Shown: positions 1-7,714 of the stretch, piece after piece
Numbering within the stretch: the first letter of the stretch is position 1
Layout: the number at the start of each line of letters is the position of its first letter
Assembly (NCBI RefSeq): GCF_000092105.1
Contig: NC_014148.1
Location: 4,080,001 to 4,112,000, forward strand
DNA length: 32,000 nucleotides
Direction: 5' to 3'
From: Planctopirus limnophila DSM 3776
Lineage (GTDB): Bacteria > Planctomycetota > Planctomycetia > Planctomycetales > Planctomycetaceae
Translations under genes and position numbers: made by a program
The notes under the pieces: generated by a model
The model's input: only the letters and a program-made list of their open reading frames with translations
Database searches by the model: none
Told to the model about the DNA's origin: nothing

Positions 1-347
1 GAGGACATTAAGTCTGATTTGCATGCTGATGACTTTTTAATAAGTGGGGAAAGTCGATTCTGGCTGCCAATTCAACGAAGCCCACAGGGGCCGGGATTCA
101 ATCGATCATGCCGCAGTTTGACGAACTGACTTGCAGTACAAACTGTAATTGTACGCAACAACAGGATGGGTTACGCCAGAAATCGGGGAAATCTGCAACA
201 GCTTGGCCTGTGGAACAATTTCGACGAGTGATTTGGCAGGAGTCGTGTCCAGCGACAGGCCGATGCCTGCGTTCGCATCCAAGGCGACACGACATGCCTG
301 TTGAAGATGATTGCTCAAGATGAGGTCGGTGCTGGGACGGAAAAACC

Positions 348-378
348 GCCTCTTGAGAGTGGTGAAGTCTCAAGAGGC
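348..378 (-). terminator. Orphan stem-loop with T-run on the minus strand (intrinsic-terminator-like)
   Basis: Perfect 11-bp stem gcctcttgaga (348-358) / tctcaagaggc (368-378) with a 9-nt loop. Read on the minus strand, the hairpin is followed by GGTTTTTCC (complement of 339-347). No convincing CDS lies upstream of it on that strand. Confidence 0.3.
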
Positions 379-545
379 CTCGCTATATTTATTGGCACAC
401 ATCATTCTTTTCACCAATCCAGCAGAAGACGAGTGTTTAATCTGCGACGAGGACGTGGTGGGGAGAAGTATACAAATCGATTAAAAATTAAGGCTTAAGT
501 TTATTCTCCTCTTAACCTAATTCTTGTTTGAAGCACGGTGCGGCG

Positions 546-1472
546 ATGGTTGGTGATTCCCATGCCTGGAAAGAAAAAGAGTGGGAGCGGTATGCAAACG
601 AGCTTGTCTCGATAGATCACGGTTTGCGTGGAGGATCGTACCAGAGAATTCCGGACCGAAATGGTGACTGCGGATTGGAAGGCGTCGCGGATAGCGGCGA
701 CGGATACCAGTCATACGCGGATCAAGGCACCGCAGATGCCGACGAGAGAATTCAAAAACAGAAGAACAAGATCTACATAGATCTCAAGAAGCTGGAGACC
801 TACAAAGACTTTTGGACCGCTTACTTCGAGGATCGGAAGCTCACACGCTGGACGTTGCTAGTTCCCAAGTTTGAAGACAAGGACGTTTTGAAATACGCGA
901 AGAAGCGAGCGAAGGAAACCCGGAAGCTCAACCTGCCATTTATCGACGACAATTTCGACGTGTATGTGAAGTCGATCGAGGATTTTCCTGCTGCGACATT
1001 GATTGTCCGTGATCCTCGTTTGCCAAGGGGCGACGGAAAGCCGGTCTCTGCCAACAAGGTCATCGAATTCAAAATGCAGGAACCCCACTTTGTACAGATG
1101 ATTGATAAAAAACTGAAGAAAGCGATGCCTCACGCAACCGATACAGAGCGGGAGGCTTATCGGGAAAAGCTTCTCAACTGGCACCTTCGCTCTGATAATT
1201 ACCAGAAGGGCCTCGAACGCCTGTATCCTCCGCAGTGGGAAGACTTGCAGGAGCTGATATCAACGACAGGGGAATCAATTGAGTCGGAAGGACCTTTGGA
1301 CTCCCGAATGCCGGGAACGAGATTGAATGAGACTCGTAAGGAATTCGCAAAAACGCTTGAACAAGAAATGCCATTTATCTTTCAAGCAGATCGTGACATT
1401 GTCTCTTGGGGAACCATCGCACTCTGGTTAGGGATTTGCCCCTTGGATTTTCCGGAGAACGGAAATGACTGA
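546..1472 (+). CDS. Candidate effector subunit (LmuA-like position) of a three-gene Lamassu/ABC-3C-like cassette; hypothetical protein with a tentative Mrr/PD-(D/E)xK-like N-terminal motif
   Basis: ORF 528-1472 opens with TTG; the first in-frame ATG is at 546. Its stop overlaps the next gene's start (ATGACTGA, 1465-1472). The N-terminus has GDCGLEGV-x6-GYQSY (663-719), which resembles the GDgGiDg...QxK core of Mrr-type nucleases but has Tyr in place of Lys. The remaining ~230 aa are K/E-rich and helical-looking, with no motif I recognise. Confidence 0.65.
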   Translation: MVGDSHAWKEKEWERYANELVSIDHGLRGGSYQRIPDRNGDCGLEGVADSGDGYQSYADQGTADADERIQKQKNKIYIDLKKLETYKDFWTAYFEDRKLTRWTLLVPKFEDKDVLKYAKKRAKETRKLNLPFIDDNFDVYVKSIEDFPAATLIVRDPRLPRGDGKPVSANKVIEFKMQEPHFVQMIDKKLKKAMPHATDTEREAYREKLLNWHLRSDNYQKGLERLYPPQWEDLQELISTTGESIESEGPLDSRMPGTRLNETRKEFAKTLEQEMPFIFQADRDIVSWGTIALWLGICPLDFPENGND

Positions 1473-1983
1473 ACTTACTCTGGAAAACGCACTTGATGTA
1501 CCCTTCACGTTTTTCCGTCGGCCGACGCCCATGCCGTGCGATGTGCGACCCGTGTGGCGGATGCACGTCCTCGTTCTGCTCCTGAATCAATGCCGTGGCG
1601 CGAAGGCTGGTTTTGAGCAAATTCACGTACTCAATTGGGCGATCCGATCACCAGAAACGCGAAGGGCCTTCCTGCAATTCATCCAAGGCAAGCGGGCACC
1701 GAACGATATCATTGTTCGATACGATCCGAGCCTCAATCGAGCAGTGCGTTTCGCATTCGCTGAAGGTCTTGTTGTCCATCACGAGACGGAGCCGAGCCTA
1801 ATCGAAGACGAAGATGAAAAACGCGCTCCTGCATACCGCGTCATCTTGACAGAAAAAGGCCACAAGCTCGTCGCTGAAATCAAGAAGATGGATGACTGCT
1901 TTACCACTGAAAAGCAGTTTTTGCAGGAAATCGGAGCAAAGATAAGCCAGAAGCAAGTCAAATCGCTTTTCACCTGGAGTTGA
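1465..1983 (+). CDS. Small middle component (LmuC / ABC-3C MC-like position), possible winged helix-turn-helix protein
   Basis: 172-aa ORF with an ATG start overlapping the upstream stop by 8 nt and GGAGAA 6 nt upstream of the ATG. Its stop lies 1 nt before the ATPase ATG. The C-terminal segment YRVILTEKGHKLVAEI resembles the wing/recognition region of wHTH proteins. Function is assigned from position only. Confidence 0.6.
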   Translation: MTELTLENALDVPFTFFRRPTPMPCDVRPVWRMHVLVLLLNQCRGAKAGFEQIHVLNWAIRSPETRRAFLQFIQGKRAPNDIIVRYDPSLNRAVRFAFAEGLVVHHETEPSLIEDEDEKRAPAYRVILTEKGHKLVAEIKKMDDCFTTEKQFLQEIGAKISQKQVKSLFTWS

Positions 1984-1984
1984 T

Positions 1985-4024
1985 ATGGGCCTGCGAATCA
2001 GACGACTCCTAATGGCTGTGACGACTGCAAAGGGCAGGTTCGGCGCGACTATTCCCTTTGAAGATGGCCTGAATGTTCTTTGGGCTCCCAATACAAGCGG
2101 CAAATCAACAGCGATGATGTCGATCCTTTACGCTCTCGGTCTTGAGGGCATGCTTGGCCCCAGCCATCAGCCCCCACTGCCTGACGCGATGCGAACGCAT
2201 GTCATGACCGGTACCAGCGAAATTCCGGTCGTGGAGTCGTTTGTCCGCATGGAGATAGAGAACAGCAAAGGCGAACGCATTACGGTTCAGCGTCAGGTCG
2301 AGTCGAGCAACCCCAAAGATTCCCGACAGCTTGTTCGTGTGCTGCTTGGCCCCTACATGACCAAGCCAGACGGTCAGTATGAGCGTCGCGACTTTTACGT
2401 TCGGACCGGACGTGCTGCTACGGACCCATCGGGATTTCACAGATTCCTGGCTGAGTTCATCGGATACATACTTCCGCAAATTCCTGCTGCGGACAATGAA
2501 ACTGTCCCGCTGTACCTCGAATGTCTCTTTCCCTTTTTCTTCGTCGATCAAATGACTGGCTGGCGGGACATCAAGGCGAGAATGCCGACGTATCTCCGCA
2601 TCATGGAGATGGGGAAGCGGAGTGCGGAATACGTGCTCAGTTTGGACATCTTGCGGCGGGCAATCGACAAGCAAGAGAATGAGCGAAAGCAGGCACAGTT
2701 GAAGGAAAAATGGACAACGACTGCCAGCAAAGCTAAAGCCGTTACCGCAGCCAGTCATGTTATAGTTCGTGGAATTCCCGAAGATCCTACAGCCACATGG
2801 CCTCCGACGCCTCCGCTTGAATTGCTCATCACCGATGGAACTAATTGGAAGTCTGTTCGGGATAGCATCAAGTCACTGCAAACGCGATTGAAGGAGATCG
2901 ACGAGAAGGAAATTCCCCGTGCGGAACAGGTGGCTCAGTCGGCGATCGAAGACCTTCAAAGAACCGAAGAAGAACTGTCTCGTCTCACCAGCCGCCTAGA
3001 AGCGCTGACGCGGGACTTGATGGCTGAACGCGCTCACCGGGATTCGGTGTTCAAAAGACTCCAAGCACTCGCGGAGGATTACCGGAAGTATCAAGACGCG
3101 AAGAAGGTGGAGGATCGCGGTGGAAACATCCCGATTGAACTTGCCTCCGGAAACTGTCCGACCTGTCATCAACCAATCAAAGATGTTCTTCTGGAACAAG
3201 AGCATGCCAGTCCGCCAATGACCCTCGAAGAGAATATCCTCTTCATCAGAGATCAAATTGCGACATTCCGGGACATGTACGAAGATACGAAGGGGGTCGT
3301 CGAGGCCAAGGAACGGCAACTCGATGCAATTAGGCAGAAAATCTACGACACGAATTCGACAATGCGATCACTGAAGCACACGCTTCATTCCGGTGGTGAA
3401 GTTCCATCTGCCGCTGCGATTCAGGAGCGTCTGCTTCTCGAACAGTCGGCAATCTCGCTTCAAAACGTGTCCGACAACTTCGCGGAATTTGACACCGTCT
3501 TCGAGAATCTCGCCAACGAGTGGGCAGAGATTCAATCTCGATTGAAGTCATTGGCGAAAATCGGCCTCACGGACATGGATGAAATGAAAATCGCATACCT
3601 TCAAACGATGTTTGTCCAACAGCTCGAAGAGTATCAGTTCAGCAGTTTTCCGATTGATCAAATGAGCATCAGCAGAGAGAGCTATCGACCTGCGCGCAAC
3701 GATTTTGATGTGGGTCTCACTTCCGCGAGCGACACAATCCGAATTATCTGGGCCTATCTCATCGGAATGCTCGAAGCGGACCGGAAGTTTCAGACAAACC
3801 ACCTTGGAATGCTGGTGTTTGACGAGCCTCGCCAGCAAGGCACGAAGAAACTCAGTTTCGATGCCTTGCTAAAGCGTGCGTCGAAATGTGCAGAGTCAAA
3901 GCAGCAAGTGATCGTTGCGACAAGTGAAGACAAAGAAACACTCGATAGTATTATCAGAGACATTCCGTGCCACTATCTACAGTACCCTGGAAAGATACTG
4001 ACGCCGATTCCCAAAAAGACATGA
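1985..4024 (+). CDS. Rad50/SMC-like ABC ATPase with a long coiled-coil insert and central CxxC hook (LmuB-like)
   Basis: 679-aa ORF with GGAG 5 nt upstream of the ATG. Walker A APNTSGKST (2084-2110). The ~330-aa insert is rich in heptad-like E/K/R/L/Q stretches. CPTC at 3155-3166 sits at the midpoint of the insert. Degenerate signature GLTSASD. Walker B/D-loop LVFDEPRQQ (3812-3838). Distal ATSED. Confidence 0.8.
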   Translation: MGLRIRRLLMAVTTAKGRFGATIPFEDGLNVLWAPNTSGKSTAMMSILYALGLEGMLGPSHQPPLPDAMRTHVMTGTSEIPVVESFVRMEIENSKGERITVQRQVESSNPKDSRQLVRVLLGPYMTKPDGQYERRDFYVRTGRAATDPSGFHRFLAEFIGYILPQIPAADNETVPLYLECLFPFFFVDQMTGWRDIKARMPTYLRIMEMGKRSAEYVLSLDILRRAIDKQENERKQAQLKEKWTTTASKAKAVTAASHVIVRGIPEDPTATWPPTPPLELLITDGTNWKSVRDSIKSLQTRLKEIDEKEIPRAEQVAQSAIEDLQRTEEELSRLTSRLEALTRDLMAERAHRDSVFKRLQALAEDYRKYQDAKKVEDRGGNIPIELASGNCPTCHQPIKDVLLEQEHASPPMTLEENILFIRDQIATFRDMYEDTKGVVEAKERQLDAIRQKIYDTNSTMRSLKHTLHSGGEVPSAAAIQERLLLEQSAISLQNVSDNFAEFDTVFENLANEWAEIQSRLKSLAKIGLTDMDEMKIAYLQTMFVQQLEEYQFSSFPIDQMSISRESYRPARNDFDVGLTSASDTIRIIWAYLIGMLEADRKFQTNHLGMLVFDEPRQQGTKKLSFDALLKRASKCAESKQQVIVATSEDKETLDSIIRDIPCHYLQYPGKILTPIPKKT

Positions 4025-4410
4025 CAAATACTCTGCAACGTATCCATTGCACATGGCCTGTCTTTTAGCAGGTCTGTTGCGATTGCAGCGGGTTGAAAGC
4101 GCGATGGCGTTGGGCAAGTCTGATGGATTATGGCATTCGATCTCAACTCACGTGAAGAACACGTCTCAACATGGGCGCTCCTGACTTTAGAGCCAAAACA
4201 ATCTACCTCTTGGTCTATCGCAGGGTGGCCCCGGTTGAAATTCTGATTTCTACCGGTGTGGTTAAGCCTCAAGAGGTTTTGTTTCCCGTCAACAATTGTT
4301 TCGCACCGTGCGGTTTTAGGGCATGAAACTTAGCGGACGATCTGCTTAGGAACGTGATCTCCTTTTTCCGTGTCTGCAGACAAACAACCACACTGGCCGT
4401 CATAAAAGTA

Positions 4411-5205
4411 TTAATACCGGGCGAGGTCGCCGGCGGCTTGGAGGCCGAGGTTGGCGACGACTTCCTGCGCGCCAGTTACCATGAATTTCAGCTCGCTGCC
4501 CACAGCAATGAATTGCCAGCCGGCATCAATCCGCTTCTGAGCCTGCTCGACTGATTGAGTGTGAATGCCCACAGGCACGCCATGTTTTTGACCAGCCGCC
4601 AGTATCCGGCCGAGCATGACCTCAAACTCTTCTTGAGTCGCTTCGGTACCATCGGGAGCACGCATCTGCGCTGCGAGATCATTGGGGCCGACGAAAATCG
4701 CATCAACTCCCGGCAGCGAATAGATCGCGTCAGCATTAGCCACTCCTTCGGGGGATTCTGTCTGCAGGACGACGAGAATCTCATCATTGGCATGCTGGTA
4801 GTAATCGCCAGCACTGGTGCCGAAGTTCAGCGCATGCATCGAACCACCCACCGAACGATTTCCGGCAGGCGGATACTTGGCGGCAGCAATCGCAATTTTG
4901 GCTTCTTCCACAGTGTTGATCATGGGGACGACAATGCCATGTGCCCCCGCATCGAGCACCCGTTTGATGTAATCGTGATCGCCACGGGGAACTCGGGCCA
5001 GGCAAACGCCACCGGCATCGGCAATCGCCCCAAACAAAAGCCCGGCACTATCCCACCCGATGGGCGAATGTTCCAGATCGACCGTCAACCAGTGAAAGCC
5101 ACTGCGGGCCATTAAACGAGCGGCGAAGACGTTCCCTAAAGAAAGCCATGTGCCAATTTGTGGCTCGCCATTGGCCAAAGCACGTTTGACAGGGTTCTTC
5201 CACAT
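4411..5205 (-). CDS. HpcH/HpaI family aldolase (2-keto-3-deoxy-acid aldolase type)
   Basis: [11 protein letters not shown]...[13 protein letters not shown]...[13 protein letters not shown]...[13 protein letters not shown]...VVLQTES...[12 protein letters not shown] is colinear with E. coli HpaI as I remember it. The ORF runs to 5232; I prefer the ATG at 5205 (MWKNP). Confidence 0.85.
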   Translation of the reverse strand: MWKNPVKRALANGEPQIGTWLSLGNVFAARLMARSGFHWLTVDLEHSPIGWDSAGLLFGAIADAGGVCLARVPRGDHDYIKRVLDAGAHGIVVPMINTVEEAKIAIAAAKYPPAGNRSVGGSMHALNFGTSAGDYYQHANDEILVVLQTESPEGVANADAIYSLPGVDAIFVGPNDLAAQMRAPDGTEATQEEFEVMLGRILAAGQKHGVPVGIHTQSVEQAQKRIDAGWQFIAVGSELKFMVTGAQEVVANLGLQAAGDLARY

Positions 5206-5354
5206 CGGGTTACCTTCGTTACAGGGGATCAATGATGATCGTCACAGTGAGATTCGTAAGCCTGCAGGATACATTGCCGACAGGGATGATCAAAGCCGCT
5301 GGGCGAGCTATCATCGAGAAGAGAAACGCGATTCTCCAGCATGATGGATGGGAA

Positions 5355-5762
5355 ATGACGGAAGCCAGTGGTTTGCCTTTTGAAGAGACTCCACCATCTT
5401 CCACTGATTCGGAAGCGATGGGTGGCTTTGTGGCCGTTGCCAAAGTGGGAACGATTCCGGAAGGCCAGGGGCGTTCGTTTGTGGTGGCTGGCCGACAGAT
5501 TGCGATTTTTTGCCGGGCTGGCGAATACTTCGCCACCAGTGACTTTTGCCCCCACATGGGAGCACCGATTGCGGACGGCTATGTGGATGTCGATGGCGGC
5601 GTGGTTTGCCCCTGGCATGCCTGGAAGTTCCGCCTGAGCGATGGCTGCTGGCTCGATAATCCCAAGTCCAAAACCCGGCTTGAATGCTTTCCCGTGCGGA
5701 TACACGAAGGAAATATTGAAATCGCCATTCCCCAGACGGCGACCACCCCTCACGATGAGTGA
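5355..5762 (+). CDS. Rieske [2Fe-2S] domain protein, NirD-like
   Basis: CPHMGAPIADG...CPWHAWKF gives the CxH...CxxH Rieske ligands in a ~110-aa domain. The ORF opens at 5232, but the N-terminal 40-60 aa look non-native. Candidate starts are 5355 (MTEASG) and 5418 (MGGFVAV). Confidence 0.75.
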   Translation: MTEASGLPFEETPPSSTDSEAMGGFVAVAKVGTIPEGQGRSFVVAGRQIAIFCRAGEYFATSDFCPHMGAPIADGYVDVDGGVVCPWHAWKFRLSDGCWLDNPKSKTRLECFPVRIHEGNIEIAIPQTATTPHDE

Positions 5763-6214
5763 ACCAATACCGTAAAGGATCACTTTTGATTTCAGCAGAA
5801 TTTGGAGAATCAGGAAGTCGATTCTGGTGCCAGATTGTGATCGATGAGATCAGCGGGCAGATGACATGCCACGAATGCTGCTATTTAAGAACATATCTCA
5901 TGTGGAGACGCCAACCCACCTGCAGTCTCCCGGTGCAGGATATCCGTGGAACATACTGGGATGCGGGGTATTGGGGTCAAACATGGTACAAGGAACCGTT
6001 TCTGGTCATTGTCACGCAACAAGGCCGAATCCATATGCCTGCTCGAGCACGCGGCTTTAGTGAGCTTCAGAACTATTTACAGCAGCTTCCTGTTTCAGAA
6101 TCCGCTCTGCGCTGGTACGACTATCCATTCGCGCAAACGATACTTCTGTTGCTGCTGATATTCCCTTTAGGGTTGATCATAGCCATACTTATTGCCAGTG
6201 GGTTGGGTCGTTGA
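5759..6214 (+). CDS. Hypothetical protein with a C-terminal transmembrane helix
   Basis: 151-aa ORF whose GTG start overlaps the Rieske stop (GTGA at 5759-5762), suggesting translational coupling. C-terminal hydrophobic segment TILLLLLIFPLGLIIAILIASGLG. No recognisable domain. Confidence 0.45.
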   Translation: MNQYRKGSLLISAEFGESGSRFWCQIVIDEISGQMTCHECCYLRTYLMWRRQPTCSLPVQDIRGTYWDAGYWGQTWYKEPFLVIVTQQGRIHMPARARGFSELQNYLQQLPVSESALRWYDYPFAQTILLLLLIFPLGLIIAILIASGLGR

Positions 6215-6226
6215 TTCCAATCGAGG

Positions 6227-7558
6227 CTACGTCAATTGATCAATAACGAGTAGCGTGCGGTCATCAGAAGCCGGAGCGTGATGCGTGAACACATCGACCG
6301 CAGTCAGGATGGCATTGCGAAGTTCTTCGGGTGTCCCCTGCACCTGACGAATGAGGTCGTCCAGTCGCTCCATGCCAAAGAGTTCAAATTGCGGATCAGC
6401 GGCTTCGACAATACCGTCGGTATAGATGACGAGTCGATCTCCTTCCTGCAGTTCTAAACTGGCGTTCGGCCATGTTAAATCGGGAGCAATTCCCAAGGGT
6501 AGCGAGGTGGCATTTTCGAGAGAGATGATTTCGCCAGTTCGCGCGCGCCAGAGCCGGGGCGGATTGTGCCCTGCCGATGAATACTCAATGCACCTGGTGC
6601 GCGGATGATAGATGCCGAAAAAAGCTGTGATAAAGTGATTGGATTCGAGTGTGTACCGGCTCGTCAGGTGGTCATTGAGATGAGCCAGGAGTTCACTGGG
6701 CTCTGTCGGTGGGCCGGCAAGCATGTGGGCAATGCAATGAGTTAAAGCCATCATCACAGCCGAAGGTGTGCCGTGACCACTGACATCGGCCACAAGGATG
6801 CCCATTGAGTCATCGGGATAATTGAAGAAATCGTAATAGTCGCCACCGGCCTGGCGGGATGTCTGGTAGTGAGCCGAGACTTCGAGGCCAGCCCTGCGTG
6901 GAAGTTCCTTGGGGAGCATGGATCTTTGAATGTCGGCGACCACCTGAAGTTCGCGTTCGACCTGCTGATAGGCCGCCTCAAGTTGCTCGGCCAAGACCAG
7001 ATTTTGTGTCGCCTGCCCGAAGAGATTGGCCATCCAGACACGTTCGGGAAGTTCATCGGGCGAGAAGCCATGGGGCTCGCCATTCGAGAGCACCACCATA
7101 TTCTGAGCCGTTCCTTTATCGAACAGGGGAATCGCCATGATGCTGCGCTGGCCACTCAGGAATTCATAAGAGGGGTCATCTTGCGAGATATGACAATCAT
7201 TGAGAATTTGTGGCTCATCGGCCCAGATGAGTTCTGCGAGGAGACCGCCTTTCAAATGTGGCAGCTTTTCGGGCTCCTTCCACGGATTGACTTCATGCTG
7301 CCAGCCACTGAAGCGAGTGACACGTACCTGGCCTGGCGGCAGATCTCGTCTCGAAAGAGAAATACGCCGCATGCTGGGCATGAGTTCAACCATCCGGCGA
7401 CCGTAGGCGCGAACCATGGCCTGAGGATCGTGTTGCAGACTCATCTCGCGCATCATGTCGACGATCGTGCGCAAACGTTCCTGCCACTCCTGAGGAGCAC
7501 CAGGAAAAATCTGATTCAAAGGAGTCGCCACAACACACCTTTCCCGCAAGCTGGCCAT
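6227..7558 (-). CDS. PP2C-type serine phosphatase (SpoIIE/RsbU family) with an N-terminal sensor (GAF-like) region
   Basis: GGDYYDFF...LVADVSGHGTPSAVMMA...YSSAGHNPP...LVIYTDGIVEA...DDRTLLVI are the conserved PP2C/SpoIIE metal-binding blocks. About 200 aa of N-terminal domain precede them. Confidence 0.85.
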   Translation of the reverse strand: MASLRERCVVATPLNQIFPGAPQEWQERLRTIVDMMREMSLQHDPQAMVRAYGRRMVELMPSMRRISLSRRDLPPGQVRVTRFSGWQHEVNPWKEPEKLPHLKGGLLAELIWADEPQILNDCHISQDDPSYEFLSGQRSIMAIPLFDKGTAQNMVVLSNGEPHGFSPDELPERVWMANLFGQATQNLVLAEQLEAAYQQVERELQVVADIQRSMLPKELPRRAGLEVSAHYQTSRQAGGDYYDFFNYPDDSMGILVADVSGHGTPSAVMMALTHCIAHMLAGPPTEPSELLAHLNDHLTSRYTLESNHFITAFFGIYHPRTRCIEYSSAGHNPPRLWRARTGEIISLENATSLPLGIAPDLTWPNASLELQEGDRLVIYTDGIVEAADPQFELFGMERLDDLIRQVQGTPEELRNAILTAVDVFTHHAPASDDRTLLVIDQLT

Positions 7559-7714
7559 TCATCGCTGAGTGTCCAGCAGTGATCCATCACAGTTCATCCT
7601 GCCGATTAGATAGCATGCGCAATTTTGCAGCGAACGTCATGGGATTGACGCCAGAAATGTCTGAAAGGGCAGTTGAGCCGGTGATGGTCGGGTATCGACA
7701 GATGGCCTTGAAAA

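Noticed and set aside
98-498. Mutually overlapping 65-91-aa ORFs in the left flank (98-373 -, 106-318 -, 108-323 +, 301-498 +)
   Set aside because: They overlap one another in different frames and lack start context and recognisable motifs. At most one could be a gene relic, so the region is treated as non-coding (see finding).
2105-2758. 217-aa minus-strand ORF inside the ATPase gene of the cassette
   Set aside because: It is fully antisense to a CDS with clear Walker A and coiled-coil signals. Its sequence is Arg/Ser/Cys-rich and motif-free, which is typical of a shadow ORF.
365-4276. Possible direct repeats flanking the three-gene cassette: aagTctcaagagg (365-377) versus aagCctcaagagg (4264-4276)
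   Set aside because: It is only a 12/13 match. My rough estimate gives a chance expectation of about 0.2 for two ~450-bp flanks on both strands. The left copy is also simply one arm of the 348-378 hairpin. This is too weak to call att or target-site duplications.
3973-4326. 99-aa minus ORF (3973-4272) and 51-aa plus ORF (4171-4326) in the cassette's right flank
   Set aside because: The first overlaps the ATPase 3' end and has poor composition. The second is short, with no SD or motif. Neither is supportable from sequence alone.
5229-5783. 184-aa minus-strand ORF overlapping the Rieske gene
   Set aside because: It is antisense to the CxH...CxxH Rieske CDS, and no motif supports it.
6869-7582. 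237-aa plus-strand ORF opposite the PP2C phosphatase gene
   Set aside because: It is a shadow ORF of a well-supported minus-strand CDS, with no motifs.
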